Assembly (NCBI GenBank): GCA_001775395.1
Contig: MEWP01000131.1
Span: forward strand, 16,350 to 80,349
Source of the DNA: a candidate division Zixibacteria bacterium RBG_16_53_22
GTDB taxonomy: Bacteria > Zixibacteria > MSB-5A5 > UBA10806
Direction: 5' to 3'
DNA: 64,000 bases
A program made the position numbers and the translations under genes. The notes beneath the pieces are model-generated. The model saw only the letters and a program-made list of their open reading frames with translations, was not told the DNA's origin and did not search any database. Of the stretch, positions 17,879-28,380 are shown in pieces. Within the stretch, counting starts at the first letter, position 1. Every line of letters begins with the position of its first letter.

Positions 17879-19436
17879 AATCCACCGCCCTGACCTCGCG
17901 AATGACAGTCACCTTGATCTGCCCGGGATATTCCATATCCGATTCGATCTTGCGGGCAATTTCATTCGCCAGGCTGACACTGGCGACGTCATCGACCTGA
18001 TCGGCCTCGACAATGACTCTAATCTCTCTGCCGGCCTGGATTGCATAGGCCTTGGCCACCCCCTTGAATCCATCGGCCATCTCTTCTAACTTTTCCAGCC
18101 GCTTGATATAACCCTCGAGAGTTTCCCGGCGGGCGCCCGGCCTGGCCCCGGAAATGGCATCGGCAGCCTGCACCAGCACCGCATAAGGCGTCTCCATCGG
18201 GATGTCCTCGTGATGACTGGCAATGGCGTTTAATATGACTGGATTTTCATTGAACTTGGAAGCGAATTCTACTCCGATTTGCGTATGGGTACCCTCGGTT
18301 TCACGATCGATGGCCTTGCCGATATCGTGCAGCAACCCGGCTCTCTTTGCCAGGGTGCCGTCGAGTCCGAGTTCGGCGGCCAAAATTCCGCAAATCATGG
18401 CGACTTCCTTGGAATGCTGCAGAACATTTTGCCCGTAGCTGGTGCGGAAATTGAGCTTACCCAAAAGCTTTACAATTTCGGGATGGACCCCATGGACCCC
18501 TACGTCAAAACAGGCCTGTTCACCGGTCTCGCGAACAATGACCTCCATCTCCTTTTCGGCCTTGCCGACAACCTCCTCGATCCGCGATGGGTGAATGCGC
18601 CCGTCAATAATTAACTTCTCCAATGCCATGCGGGCAACCTCACGTCGTACCGGATCATAACCGGAGAGAATGACGGCCTCGGGGGTATCATCCACAATGA
18701 CATCGATTCCGGTGGCTGTTTCGAACGAACGAATATTGCGACCCTCCCGTCCGATTATGCGGCCTTTCATCTCATCGGATGGCAGATTTACCACCGAGAC
18801 GCACGATTCGGCGGAGTAATCGGAGGCGCATCGCTGAATGGCCTGGATAATGACGTTGCGTGCCTCCTTCTCGGCGTTACGTTCGGCCTCCTCCCTGATT
18901 TCCTTGATTATGCCGGCCGCCTCGCGTCTGGCCTCGGCCTCGAGATTGGAGATAAGGAGCTTCTTGGCCTCATCGGAGGTCATGCCGGCGATCTTCTCGA
19001 GTTGAGTATTCTGCTCGGTGATAAGCCGCTCCAGGTCCTTCTCCTTGGTCTCGGCCACCTTCTCCTTAACCGCCAGGGCCTTCTCCCGATGAGTAATCTC
19101 CCCCTCTTTCTTATTTAATACATCTACTTTGCGATTAAGATTGTTCTCCTTGACAGCCAGGGCCTGCTCGAGTTTGGTGATCTCGGATTTCTTGACCTGG
19201 GTTTCGCGTTCGAATTTCTGCTTGGCCTTGAACCATTCATCCTTGGCCTCCAGCAGCGCTTCCTTCTTCTTGATTTCGGAGGCCTTCTCGGCCTCGGCGA
19301 TTATTTTCGTCGCCAATGCCTCAGCCTTGGCGATCCTGCCCTCCCCCGTCTTGCGGGAGATGACAAGGCCGATCAGGAAGGCCGACACGATTAGGATAAG
19401 GCCTGCCCCGATCACATAGTACAAAGACGTCTCCAT
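17868..19436 (-). CDS. rny: Ribonuclease Y
   Basis: N-terminal transmembrane helix, long coiled coil, KH domain ([12 protein letters not shown]) and HD domain (HSKEV..LLHDIGK). Confidence 0.9.
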   Translation of the reverse strand: METSLYYVIGAGLILIVSAFLIGLVISRKTGEGRIAKAEALATKIIAEAEKASEIKKKEALLEAKDEWFKAKQKFERETQVKKSEITKLEQALAVKENNLNRKVDVLNKKEGEITHREKALAVKEKVAETKEKDLERLITEQNTQLEKIAGMTSDEAKKLLISNLEAEARREAAGIIKEIREEAERNAEKEARNVIIQAIQRCASDYSAESCVSVVNLPSDEMKGRIIGREGRNIRSFETATGIDVIVDDTPEAVILSGYDPVRREVARMALEKLIIDGRIHPSRIEEVVGKAEKEMEVIVRETGEQACFDVGVHGVHPEIVKLLGKLNFRTSYGQNVLQHSKEVAMICGILAAELGLDGTLAKRAGLLHDIGKAIDRETEGTHTQIGVEFASKFNENPVILNAIASHHEDIPMETPYAVLVQAADAISGARPGARRETLEGYIKRLEKLEEMADGFKGVAKAYAIQAGREIRVIVEADQVDDVASVSLANEIARKIESDMEYPGQIKVTVIREVRAVDYAK

Positions 19437-19472
19437 AAAACCTCCAAATGGGGCGGACGCTTTTATATTAAA

Positions 19473-19751
19473 TTACAAAGCCTCGGAGAGTCGGCGGGCT
19501 AAATCGGAAATCCGACGCTCCATATCGGGCGAGCCTTCAGGATTATCACGGCACCTGAACAGCTCATCGGCGATATTTAGCGCGGCCAAAACCGCCACTC
19601 TGGCCTCTGCGATATTGGGGTAGTTTTGGGAAACCTCCCTCATCTTCAAGTCCAGATATTGGGCGGCCTTCTTTATGTATTCGGTATCGACCTCGGAAAC
19701 AAGGCTATACTCCTTGCCGAAAATCGAAACCATAACCCGATTCTTCTCCAT
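19473..19751 (-). CDS. zapA: Cell division protein ZapA
   Basis: VSIFGKEYSL..-type N-terminus typical of ZapA. 92 aa. Located upstream of rny. Confidence 0.65.
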   Translation of the reverse strand: MEKNRVMVSIFGKEYSLVSEVDTEYIKKAAQYLDLKMREVSQNYPNIAEARVAVLAALNIADELFRCRDNPEGSPDMERRISDLARRLSEAL

Positions 19752-19769
19752 GACAGCGTCCGCTATATA

Positions 19770-20051
19770 TTAAGTCCAACTATCCTCAAGAGCCGCCAGC
19801 TTCCCAACAAGTTTCTCCAGGCGGTCCCTGACCTCCTGAAGCCCGCTGTCGGGTCGGGCTTGCCGCAGAGCCTTGCCACGGGCAGCCAGAGCCTTCTTCT
19901 GTTCGGCAAGCTGCCCGGCAAACTCCCCGATCCGGCGTCTCAATGATTCGTTCTCCTTCTCGAGTGTGCTTTTTTCCTTCTTCAGATAGGCGATCATTTC
20001 GATCGCGCGACCGACATTGATTTCCAGATTTTTTATTATACCCTTATCCAT
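19770..20051 (-). CDS. Coiled-coil protein, ZapB-like / DUF904-like
   Basis: 93-aa all-coiled-coil protein immediately upstream of zapA. Confidence 0.4.
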   Translation of the reverse strand: MDKGIIKNLEINVGRAIEMIAYLKKEKSTLEKENESLRRRIGEFAGQLAEQKKALAARGKALRQARPDSGLQEVRDRLEKLVGKLAALEDSWT

Positions 20052-20068
20052 ATGGCCAATCTTATAAT

Positions 20069-22453
20069 TTATGCCCTTAATTCCGCCCCAAACCTGACCT
20101 TCAGGGCTGAGACTATTTTTTCCAGCGCCTGGCCCACCTCTTCATCGGTGAGCGTCCTATCGGCGAGACGGAATTTCATGCCGAAAGCCAGGCTCTTCTT
20201 GCCGTTGGGTATGCCTTTCCCGCGATACAGGTCGAATACCCAGACTTCGTCCAAAAGGCTGCCGGCAGCTTTACTTATTTCATCCTCTATCGTCCTGGCC
20301 GGAATGTCCTCATTGAGCACAATTGCAATATCTCTATCGGCCGACGGGTACCTGGCGAGTTCCCTGGCCGTGATGGTTTCCGGCGTCAATTCGACCAGAT
20401 TCTCAAAATCGAGTTGGGCGATATAGACCTGTTCCTTAATATCCACGGACTCAGCTACAGACTTCGAGATCCGCCCCATCCGGCCCGCCGGTCTGCCGCT
20501 TATATTTACATCAAAAGAGTACCCTTTTTCAAATACGAAATGATCGGAGCAAACCAGCTCGATTTTCCCCAATTGCAGATGGCTCACCAGGTCCTCGATA
20601 AGACCTTTCAACGAAAAGATATCCCTGGCACGCCACTTGGCGCCCCAGAAATCGGGAAACTCCATACCGCAGAGAGCAATACCGAGATATGAACACTGCC
20701 TTGGAAGCTGTCCTTTCCCGTCGGGATTATAGACATCCCCAATTTCAAACAGAGCCAAATTTGGCTCCCGGAAATTGAGGTTTCGCCTGATGACCGGAAA
20801 CATTGTAAGAAAAAGGTCCGGCCGAACTACGGCCATTTCCTCGGACAGAGGATTCATTAGCCTGACCGATGATTCCAGTTGCCCCAGTTTGGACGACAGC
20901 CTGATGTCACCGAGGGTAACGGGGAAAATCTCCATAAGTCCCGCGCCAACCAGATAATCTCGCGTTTTCTCGCGAATCCTTTGATATTTCGTTTCCGGAG
21001 TTACAAGTGAGCCGCCCGGCCTGAACGACGCCGGGATTCCATCGAAGCCATGAATCCGGGCAATCTCTTCGATCAGGTCAACCTCGCGTGTCAGGTCCGG
21101 CCTGAAAGAAGGCTGTATGACAACGAAGTTGGCATCCAGCGTGTAGCTTATGTGCAAGTCGGATAGGATACGCGCTATCTCGTTATCTTCTATTTTGACG
21201 CCGAGCAGTTGTTCTACTCGCGATGGTCGAAGCTCGATATTGACCGGGGCAAAGGCCCTCGGATAGGATTCCACGATATCCAACAGCGGCTGGCCGCCGG
21301 CAATGCCGCTTATCGCCTCGCTGGCCCGATGATTGGCGAAAGGGGCCATCTCGGGGTTGGCACCGCGCTCGAAACGGCGGGACGATTCACTCGACAGCCC
21401 CAGGCTCTTCGACCCGCGGCGAATGGTGACCGGGTCGAAGTAAGCGGATTCGAGAAGGACAACGCTGGTCCGATCGCTGACTTCGGAATCAAGCCCGCCC
21501 ATTATCCCGGCGATGGCAACTCCCCTGGCGCCGTCAGTGATTAACAGATGTTCGGCATTCAGACTGCGCTCGATATTATCGAGGGTAACGAATTTTTCAT
21601 CGCGGCGAGCCCGTCTAACCACGACGAGGGGATTGGAAAATTTATCATAATCGAATGCGTGCAGGGGCTGACCCAATTCCATCATTGCGATATTGGTGAT
21701 ATCGACGACGTTGTTTATCGGCCGCATCCCAAGGTAGTGCACCATAATTTTCAGCCAGAGCGGCGATGGTTTCACTGAGACATTTCGTATTACCCTGGCC
21801 GTATATCTGGGGCAGCCGACCGGATCCTCGATCTCGACCGCGACAGCCCCGGATGTCGGTTCGTTTATTTCACGAATGTTAATATCAGGAAGATGGGCCC
21901 GCCCGCCGCCGAGTGCCTGTAATTCAACGGCAATCCCGATATGGGAGAGGCAGTCGGGCCGGTTGGGTGTTATCTCGAGTTCAAAAATGATATCGCGATA
22001 GTTAACGATTTTATCTAACGGCGTCCCCGGCTTAATATCGGGTGGCAGAACCGAGATGATATCGCTCTCGGGGGAAAGATCAAGCTCAGCCTCCGATAAA
22101 ACCATGCCAAAAGATTCAACGCCGTGAATTTCGGCCTTCTCGATATTCACGCCGCCTGGCAATCTGGCGCCGATGGGAGCAAAAAGCACGTTTTGCCCCT
22201 TGGCCACATTGGGGGCCCCGCATACAACTTGAAGATTTTTCTTGCCCGTTTGGACTTCGCATTTTGAAAGCCTATCAGAACCATCGATAGCTGTAACGGA
22301 GTCTATGCGGGCGGAGATAACGCCGGATATCTCATAGCCGCGGCGCTCGATGGCCTCGACCTCGCTGCCGGACATAGTCAGCTTATCGGCGATCTTTTCA
22401 TACGGCCAATCGCAATCGATAAGTGTCCTGAGTAAATTCAGCGAAATCTTCAT
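20069..22453 (-). CDS. pheT: Phenylalanine--tRNA ligase beta subunit
   Basis: 794 aa. tRNA-binding, B3/B4 and B5 domain architecture, with a FDSAS-like C-terminus. Confidence 0.95.
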   Translation of the reverse strand: MKISLNLLRTLIDCDWPYEKIADKLTMSGSEVEAIERRGYEISGVISARIDSVTAIDGSDRLSKCEVQTGKKNLQVVCGAPNVAKGQNVLFAPIGARLPGGVNIEKAEIHGVESFGMVLSEAELDLSPESDIISVLPPDIKPGTPLDKIVNYRDIIFELEITPNRPDCLSHIGIAVELQALGGGRAHLPDINIREINEPTSGAVAVEIEDPVGCPRYTARVIRNVSVKPSPLWLKIMVHYLGMRPINNVVDITNIAMMELGQPLHAFDYDKFSNPLVVVRRARRDEKFVTLDNIERSLNAEHLLITDGARGVAIAGIMGGLDSEVSDRTSVVLLESAYFDPVTIRRGSKSLGLSSESSRRFERGANPEMAPFANHRASEAISGIAGGQPLLDIVESYPRAFAPVNIELRPSRVEQLLGVKIEDNEIARILSDLHISYTLDANFVVIQPSFRPDLTREVDLIEEIARIHGFDGIPASFRPGGSLVTPETKYQRIREKTRDYLVGAGLMEIFPVTLGDIRLSSKLGQLESSVRLMNPLSEEMAVVRPDLFLTMFPVIRRNLNFREPNLALFEIGDVYNPDGKGQLPRQCSYLGIALCGMEFPDFWGAKWRARDIFSLKGLIEDLVSHLQLGKIELVCSDHFVFEKGYSFDVNISGRPAGRMGRISKSVAESVDIKEQVYIAQLDFENLVELTPETITARELARYPSADRDIAIVLNEDIPARTIEDEISKAAGSLLDEVWVFDLYRGKGIPNGKKSLAFGMKFRLADRTLTDEEVGQALEKIVSALKVRFGAELRA

Positions 22454-23469
22454 CAGAATTGCCTTAAGAATCGTACATCATTATCGTATAAGAGCCTGAT
22501 GTCACCTATGCTGAACCGTAACATCGTGATCCTATCGACCCCCATCCCGAAAGCATAGCCGGTGTATTTCTCGGGGTCATAGCCGACCGCCTTGAAAACC
22601 TCGGGATCCACCATGCCGGCGCCGGAGATCTCCAGCCATCCGGAGTACTTGCAGACACGGCATCCCTTGCCGCCGCAGAGGACACACGAGAAATCGTATT
22701 CGGCCGATGGTTCCGTAAACGGAAAGAAATGAGGCCTGAAACGGACATTCATATCGGGCCCGAACAACTCGCGCGCAAAGGAGATGATGACACCTTTCAG
22801 GTCCCCGAATGTGACACGCTCATCGACATACAGCCCCTCGCACTGATAGAAGACCGGGGAATGCGAGGCATCGGGAGCATCCGAGCGATAGCATCTCCCC
22901 GGCGCGATTATTCTGACAGGCGGTTTTTGAGACTGCATGGTCCGAATCTGCACAGGTGAGGTGTGTGTCCGCAGCAGGATACCCTTTTCGACATAGAATG
23001 TATCGGACAGATCGCGCGAGGGGTGGTCCTCCGGCGTGTTGAGGGCGTCGAAATTGTAGAAGTCGGTTTCAATATCGGGCCCGGCGGCGACCGCGAAGCC
23101 CATCCCGCGGAATATGCTCACTATAAGATCGACCGTTTGAAGAAGCGGATGCCGCCTGCCTACGAAAGACCGTCGGCCGGGCAAGGTATGGTCTATGCCC
23201 GAGAACGTTTTTTCCGAGCCGGCCAATTGAAGCGCCCTGGTCTCGGCCAGGTCGCTTAAGCGCTTGCGGATTTCGTTAAGGCGCGCGCCCGCCTTTGGCC
23301 TGCTCTCGTTATCGAGCGTGCCCAGTTGGCGCGACAATTCCGCCAGGCGCCCCTTGCGCCCCAAAAAGGCGTTGGAGGCGTTTTCGAGGCTGTTCTTATC
23401 AGCGGCCTTCTCGATGGCCGATAAAGCCTCTCTCTCGATACTATTCAAAAGGTCAATGAATTCGCTCAT
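22453..23469 (-). CDS. pheS: Phenylalanine--tRNA ligase alpha subunit
   Basis: Class II aminoacyl-tRNA synthetase motifs (FRPHFFPFTEPS, GAGMVDP). Its stop overlaps the pheT start. Confidence 0.95.
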   Translation of the reverse strand: MSEFIDLLNSIEREALSAIEKAADKNSLENASNAFLGRKGRLAELSRQLGTLDNESRPKAGARLNEIRKRLSDLAETRALQLAGSEKTFSGIDHTLPGRRSFVGRRHPLLQTVDLIVSIFRGMGFAVAAGPDIETDFYNFDALNTPEDHPSRDLSDTFYVEKGILLRTHTSPVQIRTMQSQKPPVRIIAPGRCYRSDAPDASHSPVFYQCEGLYVDERVTFGDLKGVIISFARELFGPDMNVRFRPHFFPFTEPSAEYDFSCVLCGGKGCRVCKYSGWLEISGAGMVDPEVFKAVGYDPEKYTGYAFGMGVDRITMLRFSIGDIRLLYDNDVRFLRQF

Positions 23470-23546
23470 AAAGACAAGACGGGCTTTTCAGTCAAAAGCC
23501 CGCCAGGAATCAATAAAAGGTGAAAGATTGTCGAGGTTCGGCGATC

Positions 23547-23897
23547 TCACCCACTCCTGGCCAATTCGGCCAGTTTGGCAAAAGCGGCTCCGTCTCGGGC
23601 CGCGATATCGGCCAATACCTTTCTGTTCAATTCCACGCCGGCTTTCTTGAGACCATTGATAAACTGCGAATAAGACATACCGTTAAGCCTGGCGGCGGCG
23701 TTGATTCTGATTATCCACAGACTTCTGAAGTCGCGCTTTTTCTTGCGACGGTCGATGAATGAGTACATCAGCCCCTTCTGCACCGTCTCGCGGGCCGTGC
23801 GATACAGGCGGCTTCGACCACCATAATTTCCCTTGGCGGCATCGAGAAATTTCTTATGTCTGCGGTGAGCAGCTACGTTATTGGTTGCGCGTGGCAT
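23547..23897 (-). CDS. rplT: 50S ribosomal protein L20
   Basis: [35 protein letters not shown] is canonical L20. Confidence 0.95.
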   Translation of the reverse strand: MPRATNNVAAHRRHKKFLDAAKGNYGGRSRLYRTARETVQKGLMYSFIDRRKKKRDFRSLWIIRINAAARLNGMSYSQFINGLKKAGVELNRKVLADIAARDGAAFAKLAELARSG

Positions 23898-23925
23898 TTG
23901 TCTACTCCATTACTCCATTTTCAAA

Positions 23926-24120
23926 TTAATAGGGCAACATCCTGTTGACACGCCCCTCGTCGCTCTTATGTACCAGGGTCGCTTTCCTGAGGTGACGCTT
24001 GCGTAAGGTCGTCTTCTTGGTAAGAATATGCCCCTTATTGGTTTTCATTCTCTTTATCTTGCCGGTGCCTGTCTTCTTGAATCTCTTGGCAGCGGATCGA
24101 TTAGTCTTCAACTTAGGCAT
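23926..24120 (-). CDS. rpmI: 50S ribosomal protein L35
   Basis: [24 protein letters not shown] is canonical L35. Confidence 0.95.
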   Translation of the reverse strand: MPKLKTNRSAAKRFKKTGTGKIKRMKTNKGHILTKKTTLRKRHLRKATLVHKSDEGRVNRMLPY

Positions 24121-24216
24121 CGAATCTCCTTTATATGCCGAATATATTTATTTTCAAATACAATGGCAACAAAAATTTACACTAATCTATTAAACAATTT
24201 GTTAAAAGATTGTCGC

Positions 24217-24735
24217 TTATTTCCTCTTAAGCTGGAACATGGCCGACAGGTTACGCCCCTCGAATTTCGGCGGTATTTCGGTATCGGCGACCTCAGCCAG
24301 GTCGACCAAAAGCCGTTCCATCACCCGCTGGCCATAATCCTTGTGCATCATCTCGCGGCCCCTGAATACGATCGTCGCTTTCACCTTACATCCTTCTTCC
24401 AGGAATTCGCGAATGTGCCGCAGCTTAAACTGATAGTCATGCTCCTCGGTCTTGGGCCGGAAACGCACCTCTTTGAGCTGAATGACATGCTGCTTCTTCT
24501 TGGCGGCTTTGGCCTTCTTCGATTGTTCGTAAAGGTACTTGCCATAGTCCATGATTCTGCAGACCGGGGGCCTGACATTGGCGGCAACCTCGACCAGGTC
24601 CAGGCCTCGGCTGGCGGCGATATCGAGAGCCTGGGCGGTCGGCACGACCCCGATCTGGGAACCGGTTTCGTCGATCAACCTGACCTCCGGAACCCGGATT
24701 CCGCGATTAATTCTGGCATTTGGTTCGGTAGCTAT
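24217..24735 (-). CDS. infC: Translation initiation factor IF-3 with a non-AUG (AUA) start
   Basis: The reading frame extends upstream of the first M/TTG. It encodes ..TEPNARINRGIRVPEVRLIDETGSQIGVV, which matches the IF-3 N-terminus. An ATA at 24733-24735 is preceded by GGAGGA with a 6-nt spacer. Confidence 0.85.
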   Translation of the reverse strand: MATEPNARINRGIRVPEVRLIDETGSQIGVVPTAQALDIAASRGLDLVEVAANVRPPVCRIMDYGKYLYEQSKKAKAAKKKQHVIQLKEVRFRPKTEEHDYQFKLRHIREFLEEGCKVKATIVFRGREMMHKDYGQRVMERLLVDLAEVADTEIPPKFEGRNLSAMFQLKRK

Positions 24736-24764
24736 AACTGATCCTCCAATAAAAAAGTTGAAAT

Positions 24765-26699
24765 TTAATCGATCTTTTTCTGCGCTTCCAGGCCCTTGAG
24801 CATCTCGATTGCCTGGTCAAGACTGTATTTGCCGATATCGCCGGCCCTGTGCCTGCGCAAAGCAACCTGTCCGGCCGCGGCCTCTATCTTGCCGACCACA
24901 GCCATATACGGCACTTTCAGGCTCTCGGCGTCGCGTATCTTCTTGCCGATCTTTTCATTCGATATATCGATCTGAGCCCGGAGCCCGGCCCCTTTAAGCG
25001 CGGCAAGGACTTTCTCCGCGTACGGCGCCGCCTCGTCGGTAACCGGCAACACCCTGATTTGTTCGGGCGCCAGCCAGACCGGGAAATTACCGGCGTAATG
25101 CTCGATCAGGATACCGAAAAACCTCTCCATCGAGCCAAGTAATGCGCGATGGATCATGATCGGGCGCGCTCGGGTACCGTCCTCGGCGCTATACTCTATT
25201 TGGAATCGCTCCGGCAAATTAAAATCGACCTGAATTGTGGTGCATTGCCAGGAACGGCCGAGATTGTCCTTAATCTTGATATCGATCTTGGGCCCGTAGA
25301 AGACACCCTCGCCGGGATCGACCTGATAGTTCAACTTCGCGGTTTCGAGAGCCAATCTGAGCGCTTCCGTGGCCAGATCCCAACCCTCGATAGTGCCGAC
25401 GAATTTCTGCGGCCTGGTCGAAAGGAAAACGTCATAGTCCTCAAAACCGAACGTGCGCAGGAAGAATAAGTTGAATTCGATGGTGCGCACGATCTCGACG
25501 GTGAGCTGGTCGGGACGGCAGAAAATGTGGGCGTCATCCTGGGTGAAACCGCGAACCCTCATCAGGCCGTGAAGCACGCCGGATCGCTCGTATCTGTAGA
25601 CGGTTCCCAGTTCCGCCCAGCGGATCGGCAGCTCGCGATAACTGCGCGTCTTTGATTTATAAATCTGGATATGAAACGGGCAGTTCATCGGCTTGATTTC
25701 GTATTGCACATTCTCGATAGGCATCGGCGAATACATGTTCTCGGCATAGAAACCGGTATGGCCCGAGGTGTTCCAGAGATCGAGCTTGGCTATATGCGGC
25801 GAATAGACAATCTCGTACCCGTTCCCGAGATGCTCCTCTTTCCAGAAGGCCTCGATGATATGCCGAACCATCGCCCCTCGGGGATGCCAGAGCACCAGGC
25901 CGGATCCGACATCGTCGACGATCGAGAACAGGTCGAGGTCACGGCCCAGGAAACGGTGGTCGCGCTTCCTGGCCTCCTCGATTTTCTGCAGGTGCTCATC
26001 GAGCATCTTTCGCTCGGGGAATGAGACCCCGTATATGCGTTGAAGCATCTTGTTCTTCTCGTCACCACGCCAATAGGCGCCGGCGACCGAGAGAAGCTTG
26101 ACAGCCTTGATATACCCGGTGGATGGCAGGTGCGGTCCGCGACACATATCGGTGAAATTGCCATGGCTATAAAAACTGACAGTCTCGTCGCTCCACTCCG
26201 ATGCCATTTCTGCCTTGTAGATGTCGCCGGCGGAACGAAACTCCTTTATCGATTCCAGGCGGTTGGCCTCGCGGCGATCGAAAGGCAGGTTGCGCGACAC
26301 GATCTCGGCCATCTTCTTCTCGATCTTCTCGAGTTCGGCGTCGGTCAATTTTTGCGGCATATCGAGGTCATAATAGAATTTGGCCGAAAAATCATCGGGA
26401 ATGGCCGGTCCGATGGCGAGTTTGGTGTCCGGGAAAAGCTCAAGCACGGCGGATGCCATGAGATGAGCCGAGGAATGCCAGAAAACCTCGCGCCCCTGGG
26501 GATCATCCCAGGTGAGGATGCGAACTTCGCTGTCTTTCGAAATGGGATAATTCAAATCGACTACTCTGCCATCGACGACGGCCGCCAGCGCTTTCAGGGC
26601 CAGAGACCTCGAAAGCGTCTGCGCGACCAGCGCCGGCGTCACCGGAGCGTCGAATTCCCTACGACCGTTGTCGGGTAATTTTATCTCTATTTTGGACAT
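24765..26699 (-). CDS. thrS: Threonine--tRNA ligase
   Basis: 644 aa with TGS and editing domains, class II motifs, and an anticodon-binding C-terminus. Confidence 0.95.
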   Translation of the reverse strand: MSKIEIKLPDNGRREFDAPVTPALVAQTLSRSLALKALAAVVDGRVVDLNYPISKDSEVRILTWDDPQGREVFWHSSAHLMASAVLELFPDTKLAIGPAIPDDFSAKFYYDLDMPQKLTDAELEKIEKKMAEIVSRNLPFDRREANRLESIKEFRSAGDIYKAEMASEWSDETVSFYSHGNFTDMCRGPHLPSTGYIKAVKLLSVAGAYWRGDEKNKMLQRIYGVSFPERKMLDEHLQKIEEARKRDHRFLGRDLDLFSIVDDVGSGLVLWHPRGAMVRHIIEAFWKEEHLGNGYEIVYSPHIAKLDLWNTSGHTGFYAENMYSPMPIENVQYEIKPMNCPFHIQIYKSKTRSYRELPIRWAELGTVYRYERSGVLHGLMRVRGFTQDDAHIFCRPDQLTVEIVRTIEFNLFFLRTFGFEDYDVFLSTRPQKFVGTIEGWDLATEALRLALETAKLNYQVDPGEGVFYGPKIDIKIKDNLGRSWQCTTIQVDFNLPERFQIEYSAEDGTRARPIMIHRALLGSMERFFGILIEHYAGNFPVWLAPEQIRVLPVTDEAAPYAEKVLAALKGAGLRAQIDISNEKIGKKIRDAESLKVPYMAVVGKIEAAAGQVALRRHRAGDIGKYSLDQAIEMLKGLEAQKKID

Positions 26700-26777
26700 A
26701 AAAACAAAAAAACGACTACTCGGAAGGAGTAGTCATCAATCAAATGTGATAAATGAAAAAATTGTCTCCTTCCAATA

Positions 26778-26854
26778 ATGGTGGGCGATACTGGAATCGA
26801 ACCAGTGACCTCTTGCATGTCAAGCAAGCACTCTAACCATCTGAGCTAATCGCC
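26778..26854 (-). tRNA. tRNA-Val (anticodon GAC)
   Basis: Minus-strand sequence GGGCGATTAGCTCAGATGGTTAGAGTGCTTGCTTGACATGCAAGAGGTCACTGGTTCGATTCCAGTATCGCCCACCA. Anticodon loop TTGACAT and GGTTCGATTCC T-loop. Confidence 0.9.
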
Positions 26855-27077
26855 CCTCGCTACCATGACCATCTTGCCAGGGATAAGCAAGAAACCACCG
26901 CGAATAATTTCGATCAAGATTGTTCTTTCCTATCCAAAGGCAAATATCTATGGCGGGCCTGATTGGCCGGCTCGCGATTAATATATTCCCTTGCCGGAAA
27001 CGTGGCAAGCGAAAAATTGCTCCATTTGACCTATCGGGGGGCGTCCGAAAGCCATGCGTCATGTTCCCTTGCGGCCG

Positions 27078-28013
27078 CTACAAGCCCTTGGCAAGATTCA
27101 CGAAGATGCCGGCCCCGGCATATTCTGCCTTGAGCGAGTCGACCAGTCGGTCCATCCGAGCCGGCGATAGATTGAGATCGGCCCAGGACGTATCGTATAG
27201 CGGGGAATGGTTGGGATAGTAGCGATTGTCCAGGAAATCCATTTGATGCCCGATGTGATTTGAAAGATGAACCAGGGCAATCCAGGGATCCGAGCCTGCA
27301 AGGGTCTCTTCATGATGAAAGGCGACAGCGCGGCAGATGGACTCAGGCAAATTCCACTTGACGCAAAGGCAGGCGCCGATATCGGCATGTGAAAACCCGA
27401 GCACCTTTATCTCGGCGCCGTATTCCGCCAGCGCCTGGTCGCGCTCCAGGGCCTTCTTGATTTCCAATAGCGCATCTTTGAGCTCCGAGGCGATAATCAG
27501 TTTTCCGATATCGTGCAGGAGACCGGCCGAAAATGCCACCTCTATCTCGGGCAGTGATGTAATTCTGATTTGGCGCGCAATGATCCTGGCCACTATGGCA
27601 GTCGCCAGGGAATGACGCCAGAAATAATCGAGATATCCGGCGTCCGGATTCTCCCTGCGTGAAAACATCTCGAACACCGAGGCCGAAATGACAAGCGATT
27701 TTACGACCTCCAGGCCAAGAATCAAAACCGCCTGCTTGACATTGGTCACAGTTCGCGAAACGCCGTAGAAGGCCGAGTTGGTCAGTCGGAGGACCTTGGC
27801 GGTCAGGGCCGGGTCCTCGGACATGATGTTGGCGACGTCGTATGCTGAGGTATCGGGATTGTTGATTACTTCGTTTATCTGGTGGAAAACCGACGGGGGA
27901 GTTGGCAGGCTGTGGATGTGCGAAACGATATGTTTCATCTTACGGCGGATTCGGTCGTCGGCATGATCCGACGCGATCAGCAGTTTCGATGTTTTGAGAA
28001 GCGTTTCATTCAT
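27078..28013 (-). CDS. HDOD domain signalling protein
   Basis: HD-related output domain pattern (LLHDIGKLI, HHE). 311 aa. Confidence 0.7.
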   Translation of the reverse strand: MNETLLKTSKLLIASDHADDRIRRKMKHIVSHIHSLPTPPSVFHQINEVINNPDTSAYDVANIMSEDPALTAKVLRLTNSAFYGVSRTVTNVKQAVLILGLEVVKSLVISASVFEMFSRRENPDAGYLDYFWRHSLATAIVARIIARQIRITSLPEIEVAFSAGLLHDIGKLIIASELKDALLEIKKALERDQALAEYGAEIKVLGFSHADIGACLCVKWNLPESICRAVAFHHEETLAGSDPWIALVHLSNHIGHQMDFLDNRYYPNHSPLYDTSWADLNLSPARMDRLVDSLKAEYAGAGIFVNLAKGL

Positions 28014-28341
28014 CCTTTTCGATGCCCATCTTCCTTATGATTCTCTCCGCAAGTTCGGCCAGGCAATTGGGATCGTCATAAAATCCGTCATCGATTCGGC
28101 GTTTGATTTCCGTGAATTTTTCCTCTTTTGATTCCACATTATCCGCCGATCCATGGCCGGCATTTATCTCGTATTTATCAAGCAGCACGTAGAGCGCTCG
28201 GCTCTTGACCACGGCTGCGGCAGTGGCCTCGATGACATCGCTGCGGTCATAATGGCCGCACGCCACGTGTTTCCTCGCCAGCTCCATGCGTTGTTCGTCT
28301 TCATTCATCTTGGACCCCTGACAGGTCACTTGCTCTTTCAA
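28006..28341 (-). CDS. flgM: Anti-sigma-28 factor FlgM-like protein
   Basis: C-terminal KFTEIKRRIDDGFYDDPNCLAELAERII matches the FlgM C-terminal helix pattern (K..IK..I..G.Y.vd...A). Confidence 0.5.
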   Translation of the reverse strand: MKEQVTCQGSKMNEDEQRMELARKHVACGHYDRSDVIEATAAAVVKSRALYVLLDKYEINAGHGSADNVESKEEKFTEIKRRIDDGFYDDPNCLAELAERIIRKMGIEKDE

Positions 28342-28380
28342 ACGAAACCGCCCCGGGCCAATGACGTCATGCCGAAAATG

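Noticed and set aside
24028-24741. 237-aa plus-strand ORF overlapping rpmI and infC
   Set aside because: It is antisense to two highly conserved ribosomal and translation genes.
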